Below, in pieces: positions 10,701-22,389 of a stretch of DNA of 64,000 bases. The DNA lies in NCBI GenBank assembly GCA_947478395.1, contig CANJVR010000002.1, positions 768,001 through 832,000 on the forward strand, in the 5' to 3' direction. The stretch comes from Opitutia bacterium (GTDB lineage: Bacteria; Verrucomicrobiota; Verrucomicrobiia; Opitutales; Opitutaceae). The notes under the pieces were generated by a model, which saw only the letters and a program-made list of their open reading frames with translations, was not told where the DNA came from and searched no databases. Position 1 is the first letter of the stretch; each line of letters starts with the position of its first letter. The position numbers and the translations under genes are program-made.

Positions 10701-12059
10701 CTACAGATTCTCCAGCCGCTTGCCCGTGTCGCCAAAGCGATCGAGGCTGATACCCATCCGATCCATAAGCGAGAGGTGCAGGCTGCATATCCGGCGGTTG
10801 TCGTCGCCGGCATTGAGGTAGTCCAGCACTCGACCCGTTTTGAGCGAGCCGCCGCCTTTGCCCGCAAGGATAACGGGAAGCCGATTCGCGCTGTGGGTGT
10901 CCCCATCGTACAGGCTGGAGGCGCAGAGAAGGATGGAATTATCGAGCATCGAGGTCTCGCCCTCCTTGATGTCCTTCATGCGTTGAACGAGGTAGGCAAA
11001 CTGCGCGAGGTGATACTGATTCGTTTTGAGGTGCATCGCTTCCAGCGCGGCGACGTGCTTGTGGTGCGTGATATCCAAGTGCAGCGCGCCACGCACGCCC
11101 TCGACGAACTTAAAGTTCATCTGCGAAAGGTCGTTGTTCAACATCAGCGTGGCGATGCGCGTCTTGTCCATTTGGAACGCGAGCACCGTCAGATCCAGCA
11201 TGAGCTTCATGTGATCCGGAATGTCCTGCGGGAGTTCGTTGGCCGGACGGGGCATATTAGGTTTTTCCAACGTCGGGCGCCAACCTTCAAGCCGCTCCTC
11301 TTTCGCCGCGTGCTCGATGCGCTTCTCGATGTCGCGGATCGAGTCCAGATATTCGGCGAGTTTGGCCTTGTCGTCGCGGCTGACTTTAGCGCGCAGGCTC
11401 TGCGAATCCTGCCGCACTTCGTCGAGAATGCTGCGGTCGAGCTTGCGACCCGTGCCGTCGCCCACGAGTCGATCAAAGGCGCGGGACGGATAGATCTCTT
11501 TCGTTGCCGGCTGCGACGGCGAAGCCCAAGAGAGGCTGGAACCGTAAATCATGGAAAGGCCGTCTTCCAAGCGCAGCTCGTTGGGCTCGATGCCGAGCAC
11601 GAGGCTGGGAATCGCGGTGCGGCCACCGATGCGGGAAGCGACGACTTGGTCCATCGTGGTTCCAACGCGAATCACGTTCGGGTCGAGACTAACGGGTTCG
11701 CCCGAGAGCAAGTTCATGCGGCCAAGATGCGGGCTCGTCGACGCCAGCGCGGTTTGATTGTAGAGTCCTTGGATAAAAACCATGTCCTCGCGATGCGGCA
11801 GCATGGGGGCGACGCCGGGGCCGAGTTCCATGCCAGCGCCGGAGCCCTTGGCCCACCAGTGGTCCATCTCGACGCCGTTCGAAAAATAAACGACCCCCAT
11901 CCGCAGCGGTGGCTTGCTCGAAATCTTAGGCGCGCCTGCGGTTTGACCGAGCAAAGGCAGCGACTCCATCCAAGGGAGCGCCAGCGCAACGCCGACTCCG
12001 CGCAAAAAATGGCGACGCGAAATCTGATAATAATCGGACGGCAGTGTGTGGCGGCTCAT
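10701..12059 (-). CDS. DUF1552 (HXXSHH) family protein with Tat-like signal, copy 1
   Basis: [51 protein letters not shown] and LSLMDRMG. Confidence 0.88.
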   Translation of the reverse strand: MSRHTLPSDYYQISRRHFLRGVGVALALPWMESLPLLGQTAGAPKISSKPPLRMGVVYFSNGVEMDHWWAKGSGAGMELGPGVAPMLPHREDMVFIQGLYNQTALASTSPHLGRMNLLSGEPVSLDPNVIRVGTTMDQVVASRIGGRTAIPSLVLGIEPNELRLEDGLSMIYGSSLSWASPSQPATKEIYPSRAFDRLVGDGTGRKLDRSILDEVRQDSQSLRAKVSRDDKAKLAEYLDSIRDIEKRIEHAAKEERLEGWRPTLEKPNMPRPANELPQDIPDHMKLMLDLTVLAFQMDKTRIATLMLNNDLSQMNFKFVEGVRGALHLDITHHKHVAALEAMHLKTNQYHLAQFAYLVQRMKDIKEGETSMLDNSILLCASSLYDGDTHSANRLPVILAGKGGGSLKTGRVLDYLNAGDDNRRICSLHLSLMDRMGISLDRFGDTGKRLENL

Positions 12060-12072
12060 GGGGACCTTGGGG

Positions 12073-15000
12073 TTAGGGAGACAATTGGGTGAGATCTACG
12101 AGTCTGTCAGCATCGAGACCTTGGTGATTCCTAAATTGGCGGCTCGTGATGATTTTCACGGCGAGGTCAGAAAACGTGGCGTTGCCCCCGGCCGCGGCCA
12201 TCTCGTCGAGCAGCGGCCGATCGGAGGCCTGCACCGTGCGACCCAGCGCGTAGCCGAGCATTTTTCGGGCGAGCATTCTCGTCACCTGCTTGTCCTGACT
12301 CTGTAAGAACGTCAAAAGGCCGGCGGTGCCCGAGATCATGGTTTTGTCGGCGAACTCACCGGTCACGTCGACCGGTTTACCGTCGAAATATTTATCCCGC
12401 GTCCGGCCGACCGGGTCGAAACCCTCGAGCGGAAACCCGAGTGGATCGATTTTCAAATGGCACGCGGCGCACGAGGCGTTGCGTTTATGCGCGGCGAGCT
12501 GCTCGCGCAGCGTCTGGCCGTTGAACGCATTGTCATCGCGCGGGATCGTGCCGGCATCGGCCGGCGGCGGCGGGGTCGGCGTGCCGAGGATGCGCCGCAG
12601 AATCCAGTCGCCGCGCTTCACGGGGCTGGTGCGCAACGGGGCCGACGTCGTCGTTAACATGACTCCCATCCGCAGCACGCCGCCGCGGTTGAAGGCGTTG
12701 GCCCCCTCGACTAACTCGACCGCATCCTTCGACTTCATTTCCTTGTTGATGCCGTAAAACTTCGCGAGCGGTTGATTGAGAAACGTGTAGTCAGCATAAA
12801 GTATCTCGCGCGTCGGACGCTCATTCCGCACGAGATACTCAAAGGTTGAAACGGCCTCGTCATACATCGCGGCACGGACTTCGTCGGTGAATTCCGGGAA
12901 GCGGGCGGTCTCGACTCCGCGATATTCATCAAAGCGATAAAACCCCAGCCACTGCCCGAAAAACTCCGTCGCGAGGCGACGGGCTTTAGGGTCGGCAACC
13001 ATGCGCTTCACCTGCCTGGCAAGCAGCGCCGGTTTGCTCAACTCACCGGACGCGGCCGCGCGGCGGAGTTCGTCGTCCGGGACCGACGCCCACAGGAAGA
13101 AGCTCATACGGCTCGCCATTTCCCAGTCGTTGAGCGGGCGCTCCGACGCGCTGGCGACTGTCTCCACGCGATAAAGGAAAGCGGGGGAAACCAAGACGCG
13201 GGCGAGAACAGCGCGAATGGCGTCGTCGTGGCCGAGACCGCTGACCGTGCGGGAGTTTTGATAAAAATCCCTAAGGCGGGTTTTCTCCGTGGAAGTGAGC
13301 GGCCGGCGCCACGCGCGGCTCGCAAACGCGATCACGTCGTCCATGTGGCCAGGCTCCGCCAGATGCTCCGCCTTCACCACTTCGGCATAACCCGCCTGAA
13401 TCGGCGCGAGGTATTGCTGCATTTCAGCGGGCAGAATCGCCAACTGCGCAACGTCGAGATCACGGATATGCGCGCTCTTTAATTTTACCCCATAGTGGTT
13501 CGCGAGCACGCCCAAATAGCCGTCATGATATGCCCACGAGCTGAGCAAATCGTTCCACGCTTGGTCGAGTCGCGCGCGATCGGCATCGTTCACCAAATAG
13601 TCGGCGAAGTACTTGTCGTTTCGCTGGTACTTCACCTTCAGCACGAACGCATCATGCTCAGGCGTGTTGTAGGTGCTGTCGAACGGCAGTGGGATCGGGT
13701 CTTTGTCGGAGGGATTCGCTTCGCCGTGTGAATTCGGCGGCATGAGCGCCAAATATTCGGCGATGCCCGCGCGGAAATTTTTGTACCCTGCACTTTTGGC
13801 GTCGCCGATCAACGTAGGCCGCGCGGCGTCGCCCAATCGCGGTGGCTGACCGTCGGGGCGATCCGCGATCACGAAACGCACCACGCCATTCCGATCGGCG
13901 CCGAGTTCGGCATCCACGACGAATTCCGCCGTCGTGCCCGGCGCTGGTGGTTTAACGTCAAACGTCGTCGATCCCGTCACCGCAAAATCATCCGCGCCCA
14001 CCACGGAGCCATCAGGGACTTTGCCGAACTGCAGGGCGGTGACGACGTCGTCCGACAACAGCGCGCGTAAGGGCTGCGTGGAAAGAATCGGCCCCGTGGG
14101 CCCGACCCGCCGTCCGCCGACCGCAACTGCATTGGCTCCGGCCGCCCCTCGGGCGCCGAAACCGCCTGCTACGGCCGCGCGCGTAACGATGCGTGGGTTC
14201 CGCAGGATGATCACGGGAGCAACCCGCGGACTGGGATTAAGGTTCGTGAAGACAAGAGAAACTTTGACAGGCGCATCGGACGCGACGTCGGAACCGCCGG
14301 CGGCGCCCGGTCCTCGCCCCGCGCGACCGCCGCGGGCGCCCGCACCACCAATCGCATAACTGTACGTGTGCGTCGCTTCGACCGACAACGAGCTATCATC
14401 AAAGCGCAGCGGACTTTCGTCGCCCTGGCCGCCGGCGGCCAACGGGCCGCGATTGAAAAACCAAACCGGCCAGGCGGTGAGATAATTTTTCATCTCTTCG
14501 CTCCCTGCCCGACCCAACGCAATCGACGCTTTGATATCTGACGTGGGCTTCGCTAGCGCCTTCCAACGATCGACGATCTGCTGGCTCGGATAACCAAGAT
14601 CAGAACGGTTAACGGCGGACCAAATGAGCTCCGCGAACTTTAGCGTCAGCCCTTCCTTCACCGCGAGCTCGCGCAATGTGATCTTCGGATCGCTCAGCGC
14701 TACGCGGTGCTTGAAATACCAAGCGACAAAAAACGCCTTGGTGTACCGCTCGAGACCAAACATCCCTCCGCCTTCGCCCGAGACCAGCCGGAGTCCGTGC
14801 TTCGCGTAGAGCTCATTGATCCGGGTCAGGGCAAACAATTCTTCGCCGGTCAGGCCAGTGTACGGAGAAAATTGCAGCGGACCCGCGCCGATCACCGCAT
14901 GCTCGACCACGTGCTTCGCCGCCTCGAGGTACCTTTCGACACTCGCGTCCTGCATAAACTGCACGTCCCCGAAATTCGTGAAGCCTTCTCCCCCCACCGA

Positions 15001-15462
15001 ATCACTTGACGCTTCGATCCCGGTTTCGATCGCGACGCCGGTAAGATCGCGAATGGCATACGCATATTCGCCGCTGGTGAGTCGGCGCATCGTCACGCGA
15101 CCAGGCTCGCCGGCGTGGTCGGCCAAGTAGGATTTTTGGGCCGACCGCACCGCTTTTACGGCGACATTACGCTCCGCATCTGTCGGCAGACGCTCCGCAT
15201 CGTCCGGCGGCATATCGTGGCTTTCCAGCGCCTCGATCACTTTATCCCAAGCATCCGAGTCGAGACCGACCGAAGGTTGAGCCACCAGTTTCTCCAAACT
15301 TAGTCCCCCCTTGGCTTTCGCCCCACCGTGGCACTCGAAGCAGTATTTCTGAAACACCGCCGCCGCCTTCGGGTCGACCGCCGGGTGTTTGGCCGACGAT
15401 GCCGCGGACGCGGGCGAACCGAGCGTCATAAAAACGGCAAATAAAAACAAAAATAGCTTCAT
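12073..15462 (-). CDS. DUF1592-family (PSCyt1/PSD/PSCyt3 architecture) diheme cytochrome c protein, copy 1
   Basis: Signal peptide from [60 protein letters not shown]. Start set at 15462 because the upstream extension lacks family features. Confidence 0.88.
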   Translation of the reverse strand: MKLFLFLFAVFMTLGSPASAASSAKHPAVDPKAAAVFQKYCFECHGGAKAKGGLSLEKLVAQPSVGLDSDAWDKVIEALESHDMPPDDAERLPTDAERNVAVKAVRSAQKSYLADHAGEPGRVTMRRLTSGEYAYAIRDLTGVAIETGIEASSDSVGGEGFTNFGDVQFMQDASVERYLEAAKHVVEHAVIGAGPLQFSPYTGLTGEELFALTRINELYAKHGLRLVSGEGGGMFGLERYTKAFFVAWYFKHRVALSDPKITLRELAVKEGLTLKFAELIWSAVNRSDLGYPSQQIVDRWKALAKPTSDIKASIALGRAGSEEMKNYLTAWPVWFFNRGPLAAGGQGDESPLRFDDSSLSVEATHTYSYAIGGAGARGGRAGRGPGAAGGSDVASDAPVKVSLVFTNLNPSPRVAPVIILRNPRIVTRAAVAGGFGARGAAGANAVAVGGRRVGPTGPILSTQPLRALLSDDVVTALQFGKVPDGSVVGADDFAVTGSTTFDVKPPAPGTTAEFVVDAELGADRNGVVRFVIADRPDGQPPRLGDAARPTLIGDAKSAGYKNFRAGIAEYLALMPPNSHGEANPSDKDPIPLPFDSTYNTPEHDAFVLKVKYQRNDKYFADYLVNDADRARLDQAWNDLLSSWAYHDGYLGVLANHYGVKLKSAHIRDLDVAQLAILPAEMQQYLAPIQAGYAEVVKAEHLAEPGHMDDVIAFASRAWRRPLTSTEKTRLRDFYQNSRTVSGLGHDDAIRAVLARVLVSPAFLYRVETVASASERPLNDWEMASRMSFFLWASVPDDELRRAAASGELSKPALLARQVKRMVADPKARRLATEFFGQWLGFYRFDEYRGVETARFPEFTDEVRAAMYDEAVSTFEYLVRNERPTREILYADYTFLNQPLAKFYGINKEMKSKDAVELVEGANAFNRGGVLRMGVMLTTTSAPLRTSPVKRGDWILRRILGTPTPPPPADAGTIPRDDNAFNGQTLREQLAAHKRNASCAACHLKIDPLGFPLEGFDPVGRTRDKYFDGKPVDVTGEFADKTMISGTAGLLTFLQSQDKQVTRMLARKMLGYALGRTVQASDRPLLDEMAAAGGNATFSDLAVKIITSRQFRNHQGLDADRLVDLTQLSP

Positions 15463-15681
15463 GAAATTCCGAACAGGAAAGGGGGTAACTAGGGGCGTCC
15501 GTATGACGATCCAATTACTGGATCGTTGCGGATATCGCGCAATGAACTTTTTCGCTTCGCCAAGCGGAATCGAGCCGGAAAAACATCCGCCCCGTCGCGT
15601 CATGGCCATCTCAGGGTCCACGCCAAAGCAGGCATGTCCGACTGCTGGCTGACACAACATGACGCCGAGCACCGAGTCCAT

Positions 15682-17277
15682 TCAGGCGAGCGGCGCTCGG
15701 GTTGGTTTGCCATCAACCAAGCGGAGCAGTCCGAGCGGGTTTGCGTCCTTGAGCGGAACGGGGAGCAATTCGTCGCCTAGGCCTTGATAGCAGATGGGAC
15801 GCGCAAAACGCAGCATCGCAGCGGTGCCAACCGCGGTGTAACGCACGTCGGTCGTCGCGGGATAGGGACCGCCGTGATTCATCGCGTGGCCAACTTCCAG
15901 GCCAGTCGGAAATCCATTCAGGATCACGCGGCCGACTTTTTGTTCGAGCGCAGCGAGCAGTGGTCGGGCATCGGCGAAATCCTCGGCAGCAGTCTGTAGT
16001 GTCGCCGTCAGTTGGCCTTCGAGTGCGGCGGCACACGCGCCGAACTCCTCGATCCGATCCGCAAGGACGACGAGCGTGAACGGTCCAAAGGCCTCGGTTG
16101 CCAGCGCGGGTTGAACAAGGAAATTTTTCGCTGAAGTCGTTGCCACACTCGGCTGGCCTTCGGTTTTCGCCGGGTCGGGCGCGCTGGCTCCGGCGGCGAG
16201 CGGTTGCACCCCTAGCGCCGACGTGATCTTCCCGCGGTTTTCCACGAACGCATCGCGGATACCGCTCGTCAGCATCGTGCCATTGGGTGCAACGCGCACC
16301 ATTTCGGCCAGTTGCGCCAAAAACGCATCGGTCTCGGGGCCACTCAGCGCAAATATCAGCCCGGGCTTGGTGCAAAATTGGCCGACCCCGAGCGTGAAGG
16401 ATCCAAGCAGCCCGCGTGCGATCGCGAGCCCGCGTTCGCGCATTGCCCCGGGCAGCAGGAAAACGGGATTCAGACTGCTCATTTCCGCAAAGACCGGGAT
16501 GGGATGGGGACGAGAGTTAGCGGCGTCGAAGAGCGCGCGGCCGGCGAAGTGCGAACCGGTGAAACCAACGGCGGCCGTCGCCGGGTGTTTCACCATCGTG
16601 ATTCCCACCGTTGCCCCATCGCCATGAATCAGCGAGAACACGCCCGGCGGGAGACCGCATGCCGTCGCCGCGCGCGCGATAGCACCGCCCACGAGTTCGG
16701 CGGTACCGGGATGCGCGCGATGCGCTTTCACGATGACCGTGCAACCCACCGCCAGCGCCGAGGCCGTATCCCCACCCGCCGCGGAGTACGCTAAAGGAAA
16801 ATTACTCGAGCCGAAAACCACCACGGGCCCGATCGGGATCAGCATTCGTCGCAGATCGACTCGCGGCAGCGGTTGCCGGTCCGGCAGCGCGGGGTCGATG
16901 CGCGCGTCGACCCAAGAGCCCTCCCGCACGACTTGCGCGAAAAGCCTGAGCTGTCCGCAAGTGCGGCCGCGCTCACCCATCAGGCGGGCGAGCGGAAGTC
17001 CCGTTTCGGCGTTGGCGCGTTGCAGCAGCGCGTCGCCGATCGACTCGATCTCAATCGCGATCGTTTCGAGAAATTTCGCGCGTTCGGCGCCGGAACAGCC
17101 GCGGTAAATCGCGAACGCGGCGGCCGAAGCATCAAGCGCGCTTGCCACTTCGGCATCGGACGCTTCGTGGAAAATCGGCTCGAGCGGGGCGTTCCGGGCG
17201 GGGTCAATCGCGCGAAAGGTTTTGCCGCCCGTGGCACCCGTGCCGCCACCAAGGAGGCTTTTACCGTGGAGGAACAT
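15682..17277 (-). CDS. NADP-dependent aldehyde dehydrogenase, alpha-ketoglutarate semialdehyde dehydrogenase-like
   Basis: GERGRTCGQL, SNFPLAYS.AGGDTASALA, FTGS, EMSSLNP, GQFCTKPG and HGGPYPAT. Confidence 0.88.
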   Translation of the reverse strand: MFLHGKSLLGGGTGATGGKTFRAIDPARNAPLEPIFHEASDAEVASALDASAAAFAIYRGCSGAERAKFLETIAIEIESIGDALLQRANAETGLPLARLMGERGRTCGQLRLFAQVVREGSWVDARIDPALPDRQPLPRVDLRRMLIPIGPVVVFGSSNFPLAYSAAGGDTASALAVGCTVIVKAHRAHPGTAELVGGAIARAATACGLPPGVFSLIHGDGATVGITMVKHPATAAVGFTGSHFAGRALFDAANSRPHPIPVFAEMSSLNPVFLLPGAMRERGLAIARGLLGSFTLGVGQFCTKPGLIFALSGPETDAFLAQLAEMVRVAPNGTMLTSGIRDAFVENRGKITSALGVQPLAAGASAPDPAKTEGQPSVATTSAKNFLVQPALATEAFGPFTLVVLADRIEEFGACAAALEGQLTATLQTAAEDFADARPLLAALEQKVGRVILNGFPTGLEVGHAMNHGGPYPATTDVRYTAVGTAAMLRFARPICYQGLGDELLPVPLKDANPLGLLRLVDGKPTRAPLA

Positions 17278-17280
17278 AAC

Positions 17281-18117
17281 TTAATCGACCGTGTTCACGA
17301 GCGTGCCAACCGGTTCCAGCGTGATCCGAATCTCATCGCCGGCGTGCAGCGTAAACGTATCCGGCGGCACCACGCCCACCCCGGTCATCAGGTAACAACC
17401 GTGGGGGAAACTGTTTTCCCGAAAAAGCCAATCCGCGAGCGAGGGCAGAGGCCGCTTGATTTGCCCGACCGTCGTTTCACCCTTAAATACAGCGGCGCCG
17501 GCGCGGTAAATCTCGATCGCGATAACCGTGGCCGGGGCCGGCAGCGCGTCGGTCACAACCAGGCGCGGGCCAATCGCAGCGGCCCGGTGATACGATTTCG
17601 CCTGCGGCAAGTAGAGAGGATTTTCGCCCTCGATATCGCGCGAACTCATATCGTTGCCGATCGTGTAGCCGAAGATTCTTCCCGCCGAGTTGATCGCGAG
17701 CGTCAGCTCCGGCTCCGGCACATTCCATTTAGAATCCGCCCGGATGCGAACCGCTCCGCCTGGCGCCACCACGCGGTGCGGCGTCGCCTTAAAAAATAAC
17801 TCGGGCCGGTCGGCCTCGTAGACCTTGTCGTAAAACGTACCGCCGCCCGCGTCCTTCGACTCGGCCATGCGCGCGGCCTTGCTCCGAAGATAGGTCACAC
17901 CAGCGGCCCATATTTCCTGGGACTGCAGCGGAGCGCGAAGATTCGATCCGGCGGACGGATCCGAAACCGGGGTGCCGCGATCGAATGCCGCGCTGGCAAA
18001 CAGGATGGGGTTATCGGACGTAAAAAGCGCATCGAATGAAAACGTCGGCGAGGCGAGAACGCTCAGCGCGCCTTTTTCAATCAGGAGACCGGAAGGGATG
18101 GCAGTGATTCGAAACAT
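17281..18117 (-). CDS. Fumarylacetoacetate-hydrolase-family protein, probable 2-keto-3-deoxy-pentonate dehydratase
   Basis: AAGVTYLRS, RPELFFKA, PEPEL, GYTIGNDMSSRDIEGENPLYLPQAK; directly upstream of the KGSA dehydrogenase-like gene. Confidence 0.8.
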   Translation of the reverse strand: MFRITAIPSGLLIEKGALSVLASPTFSFDALFTSDNPILFASAAFDRGTPVSDPSAGSNLRAPLQSQEIWAAGVTYLRSKAARMAESKDAGGGTFYDKVYEADRPELFFKATPHRVVAPGGAVRIRADSKWNVPEPELTLAINSAGRIFGYTIGNDMSSRDIEGENPLYLPQAKSYHRAAAIGPRLVVTDALPAPATVIAIEIYRAGAAVFKGETTVGQIKRPLPSLADWLFRENSFPHGCYLMTGVGVVPPDTFTLHAGDEIRITLEPVGTLVNTVD

Positions 18118-18339
18118 AGAGGGTTAAACGGGCGGCTGCAGCGGGCGCGCGGACCAGGGACGGAAAAACAAAGACACGCGGCAGGTTCTGTCCGACACGC
18201 TCCACGCATGTGAAATAAACTTAAGCCATACCATGTCCTATGGCCGCAGTAATAGCTTCGAAATGCCTTACCGGCGACTGCGCGCGCTCCCCATTTCGAC
18301 GAATCCTCGCGCCTAAATTTTCGTCGAATCGCTCGAAAA

Positions 18340-18376
18340 AATATTACTAAAGAAATACCGCGCACTAGCACCAATG
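18340..18376 (+). promoter_or_regulatory. Conserved 37-bp upstream motif containing an imperfect 16-bp palindrome, copy A
   Basis: Its reverse complement matches 34997-35033 at 28/37 positions without gaps; contains TATTACTAAAGAAATA. Confidence 0.6.
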
Positions 18377-18576
18377 TTCGTTTGATCGGCGGCGGGCGGC
18401 GGCGCCTCTTTCAACCCGTCGGTTCCGCGCCCTCACGTGCGGCGAGTTCTCGAGCCTATTCCCCCACTCATCGCCCCCTGCTCAAGAATTGCCGATCACC
18501 CCGCCCGGCGCATGAGCGATCCAACGCCCACCTTTCGCGGTTGCCCCGTGCCGCGAAACCGTCCCCCTCTTAACCG

Positions 18577-19455
18577 ATGAAACCGTCTTTCAAAATTCTC
18601 GCGCTGGCGGGACTGATGATGCTGACGGTGAACGCGTCGGCGCAGGACAAAAATTTCTACGTTTTCCTGTGCCTGGGTCAGTCAAACATGGAGGGCTTCC
18701 CGGGAATTCAACCGCAAGACGCCGGGCCCGTGGACGATCGATTCCAACTTCTGGCGGCCGTGGATTTTCCCAAGCTCGCTCGAACCAAGGGTAACTGGTA
18801 TCCCGCCGTCCCGCCGCTCTGCCGCCCCTCAACCGGCCTCTGCCCTGCGGATTATTTCGGCCGAACGCTGGTCGCGCATCTGCCCGCGACGATCAAGGTC
18901 GGGGTGGTGAACGTCTCCGTGGCCGGCGCAAAAATCGAAATCTTCGATCCCAACTCGTATCAGAGTTATCTCTCCTCGCTCCGACCAAACGATTTCAAGA
19001 TTAACATCGCCACCGCTTACGGCGGCAGTCCCTACCAGCATCTCGTCGATATGGGAAAATTGGCTCAAAAGGCAGGAGTCATCAAAGGCATCTTGCTGCA
19101 TCAGGGCGAGTCGAACACCGGCGACAAGGAATGGCCGAACAAGGTGAAGGCCATTTACGAAAACCTCCTCCGCGATCTGAACCTTAAGGCCGAAGATGTC
19201 CCGCTGCTCGCCGGTGAATTGGTGGCCGCGGATCAAAATGGAGCGTGCGCGAGCATGAACCCGATCATTCGCGACCTCCCGAAGACCGTCCCGACCGCCC
19301 ACGTCGTTTCCGCAGAGGGCTGCATCGCGCGGCCTGATCATCTGCATTTCACCGCCGAAGGCTACCGCAAGCTAGGCCAGCGCTTCGGCGAAACCATGCT
19401 TTCGTTGCTCGGCTACAAATTGACGCAGACCAGTGCGGCAAATTCCACCCCTTAA
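18577..19455 (+). CDS. CE6-type acetylxylan esterase (SGNH/SASA), secreted
   Basis: GQSNMEG, DYFGRT, HQGESN and DHLHF; signal peptide. Confidence 0.85.
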   Translation: MKPSFKILALAGLMMLTVNASAQDKNFYVFLCLGQSNMEGFPGIQPQDAGPVDDRFQLLAAVDFPKLARTKGNWYPAVPPLCRPSTGLCPADYFGRTLVAHLPATIKVGVVNVSVAGAKIEIFDPNSYQSYLSSLRPNDFKINIATAYGGSPYQHLVDMGKLAQKAGVIKGILLHQGESNTGDKEWPNKVKAIYENLLRDLNLKAEDVPLLAGELVAADQNGACASMNPIIRDLPKTVPTAHVVSAEGCIARPDHLHFTAEGYRKLGQRFGETMLSLLGYKLTQTSAANSTP

Positions 19456-19499
19456 CTGTACTCCACCGGCCGACTGGCCGCCCTCAACTCCCTTCTACC

Positions 19500-22295
19500 A
19501 TGCGCACCCCATCGCCTGCGCTTTTTTTCTGTCGGTCGCTCGTCCTCATGACGGCCGCCTCCGCATTGACCGGCACCACCGTGCTGCAAGCAGCACCACC
19601 CCCGCCGGCGGCGGTGGCGTTCATCGAGAAGTATTGTGCGGACTGCCACAACGACGTGGACAAGGAAGCACGGCTCGACCTCACGAGTCTGGCCTACCAA
19701 CCCAACGACGGAGCTAATTTCGCATTGTGGGTCAAAGTGCATGATCGCGTGAAAGCCGGCGAAATGCCGCCGAAGAAGAAGCCGCGGCCGGAGGCGAAGG
19801 ACCTCGAGGAGTTCGCGCGGACAATGGGAGCGACGCTGGCCGCTTCCGAGCAGGCGTTGATCGCGAGCGAGGGTCGCGCGACCCAGCGCCGGCTCAACCG
19901 CTACGAGTTCGAGAACGCGCTGCGCGATCTGCTGAACGTGCCGTGGGCGCAGGTAAAGGACAAGCTGCCGCTCGAGGCCGAGCGCTTCGGTTTCAACAAA
20001 AGTGCCGAGGCACTCGACGTGTCGTTCGTGCAGATGGAGCGCTATCTGACCGCGTCAGACTATGCGATGCGGCAGGCGATGGCGGCTGCGTTTGAGCGGC
20101 CGGCGTCGACGATGCGCAAGATCTACGCCCGCGATCAGACCGGAGGCGCCTACCTTCCGCGCGAGAACGATACGCTGCCCGACCGGAAGGCGTTTCCCGT
20201 CCTCGATTCCCACGCGCAGCCCGACGTGCGGTTCGGCCGCGTGCCCAACTCCAGCCCAGAAACGCGCGAGCGCGAGGCGGTCGGCAGGGTTTCCAGCATC
20301 TTCAGCGACGCGGGTGGTTACGCGTGGGGTTTTAGTGCGCCGACTGCGGGGCGCTATCGCATCCGGCTCAAGGGCTATAGCATCTGGGTGAGCGGCGGTG
20401 GCATCGGCCGCTGGATGTTTGGCGGACAAGGCGCGGAAAAAACGTCCACCTATTGGCTACCCATGTGGCACCGACCCAACGCCGACGAAATCTGGCCGGG
20501 CCGCAACAATGAGCCCATCGGTTTCTACGCGTCGAGTTCGGGCCAGACCCGCCCCATCGGCGTCATGGATTTCACGCCCGAGCCAACGGTCGGCGAAATC
20601 GAAGTCATGCTCGCCGGCGGCGAAAGCGTTCGCACCGACGCAATGCGTTTTTTCCGCACCCGCGTGAACGGCACCGACGAGCAATACGTCAACCCGTTGG
20701 CGACGACGGAAGGCATGCCCGGTTATGCGGTGCAATGGCTGGAGGTCGAGGGACCGCTCCCCGACGAATCGGCTACGGCAGGCTACAAACGTTTGTTCGG
20801 CGAACTCAGCATGCGGAGCCTTGAGTCCGGTCAGCCCGGGGGCGTTAAGCTCGAGGGCCTCGCGCTCGTTGGCGGTGCGGCTGGTGGTGGGCGTGGCGGA
20901 CCGGACGGCCTGGGCCGGGGCGCCCCACCCGCCGGCGCTGGCCGTGGCGGTCGCGGTGGTCGCGGTGGCGGTGGGGGTGGCGTAATCATGGTCGACGTCT
21001 TGTCCGAAAATCCGGCACAGGATGCCGACCGGTTGCTCCGAAACTTCATGCAGGTGGCCTATCGCCGGCCCGTGCGGGAAGCGGATGCGCAGCGCTTCTT
21101 CAATCTGTTCCAGCGCGAATTCGATCTCGGTTCCGGGTTCGCACGCTCGATGCTCACGGCCTACACCGCCGTGCTCTCGTCCCCGGGCTTCGTGTTCCTC
21201 GACGAGAAGCCAGGCCAGCTCGACGACATCGCCCTCGCGACCCGCCTCTCACTGTTCCTTTGGAACTCAACGCCCGATGCCGAGCTCCGGGCGAAGGCCG
21301 CGAAGGGCGAGCTGCACCAGCCCGCGGTGTTGCGCGCGGAGACCGAGCGGCTGCTCAACGATCCGCGCGCCGCGCGCTTTGTCGAAGCCTTCACCGATTA
21401 CTGGCTCGACCTGCGTAAAATCGACGACACCTCGCCCTCGTCGAGCCTCTACAACGACTACGAAATGGACGACCCGCTCAAGCTCGCCGCGCTCGACGAG
21501 ACGCGGATGTTTTTCGCCGAACTCGTGCGCGGCGATCTGCCCGCGCGCCATGTCGTAAATTCCAATTTCACGTTTCTCAACGGCCGCCTCGCCACCCACT
21601 ACGGTCTTCCCGGCGTCTACGGCGCGGCGATGCGTCGCGTGGACCTTCCGCGCGGCAGCGACCGCGGGGGCCTGATGACGATGGCCAGCGTGTTGAAGGT
21701 GACAGCCAACGGCACCACGACCTCGCCAGTGTTGCGTGGTCACTGGATCACGGAGCGCATTCTTGGCATCGAGATCCAGCCGCCGCCGGCCGGCGTGAAA
21801 GCGGTGGAGCCTGACATCCGCGGCGCGGTAACCATCCGCCAGCAACTCGCCAAGCACCGCGAGGATCCGAGCTGCGCCTCCTGCCACATCAAAATGGATC
21901 CGCCCGGTTTCGCACTTGAGAGCTACGATGTGATGGGAGGCCGCCGCGAGCGCTACCGTGCGGTGGCGGAAACCGCGAAACCTGTGCGCGGCTCAGGCAT
22001 GAATGGGCAGGCGTTCGCCTTTCACTTTGGTCTGCCGGTGGACACGGCTGGCGAATTGCCCGATGGCCGCCCCTACCGCGACGTGAACGAATTCAAGTCG
22101 CTCGTGGTGGCCGACGAGCTGCCTGTCGCGCGCAACCTCGCCAAGCAGCTCGTGACGTTTGCGACCGGTGCACCCGTGCTCTTTTCCGACCGCCCCGAGC
22201 TCGAAAAAATTCTCCAGCGTTCCGCCGCCAATCACTACGGCGTTCGCACGCTCGTCCACGAGGTCGTGCAAAGCCGCCTCTTCCAAATCAAGTAG
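19500..22295 (+). CDS. DUF1592-family diheme cytochrome c protein, copy 2
   Basis: Signal peptide; [49 protein letters not shown]. Confidence 0.88.
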   Translation: MRTPSPALFFCRSLVLMTAASALTGTTVLQAAPPPPAAVAFIEKYCADCHNDVDKEARLDLTSLAYQPNDGANFALWVKVHDRVKAGEMPPKKKPRPEAKDLEEFARTMGATLAASEQALIASEGRATQRRLNRYEFENALRDLLNVPWAQVKDKLPLEAERFGFNKSAEALDVSFVQMERYLTASDYAMRQAMAAAFERPASTMRKIYARDQTGGAYLPRENDTLPDRKAFPVLDSHAQPDVRFGRVPNSSPETREREAVGRVSSIFSDAGGYAWGFSAPTAGRYRIRLKGYSIWVSGGGIGRWMFGGQGAEKTSTYWLPMWHRPNADEIWPGRNNEPIGFYASSSGQTRPIGVMDFTPEPTVGEIEVMLAGGESVRTDAMRFFRTRVNGTDEQYVNPLATTEGMPGYAVQWLEVEGPLPDESATAGYKRLFGELSMRSLESGQPGGVKLEGLALVGGAAGGGRGGPDGLGRGAPPAGAGRGGRGGRGGGGGGVIMVDVLSENPAQDADRLLRNFMQVAYRRPVREADAQRFFNLFQREFDLGSGFARSMLTAYTAVLSSPGFVFLDEKPGQLDDIALATRLSLFLWNSTPDAELRAKAAKGELHQPAVLRAETERLLNDPRAARFVEAFTDYWLDLRKIDDTSPSSSLYNDYEMDDPLKLAALDETRMFFAELVRGDLPARHVVNSNFTFLNGRLATHYGLPGVYGAAMRRVDLPRGSDRGGLMTMASVLKVTANGTTTSPVLRGHWITERILGIEIQPPPAGVKAVEPDIRGAVTIRQQLAKHREDPSCASCHIKMDPPGFALESYDVMGGRRERYRAVAETAKPVRGSGMNGQAFAFHFGLPVDTAGELPDGRPYRDVNEFKSLVVADELPVARNLAKQLVTFATGAPVLFSDRPELEKILQRSAANHYGVRTLVHEVVQSRLFQIK

Positions 22296-22389
22296 TCGCC
22301 GCCCCCCATCCCCACCCGTGAACAACATTTCCAGCCCTCGCGTCGCCTCCGCCTCGGTTAGCGCGCCGTTCATCACCACGCGGCTTGCC

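Noticed and set aside
15463..15681. 73-residue N-terminal extension of DUF1592 copy 1; similar extensions on the GH43, GH3, GH67, rnc, ParA and radC ORFs
   Set aside because: Longest-ORF artefacts. Signal peptides or family N-termini begin at downstream starts, several with stop/start coupling.
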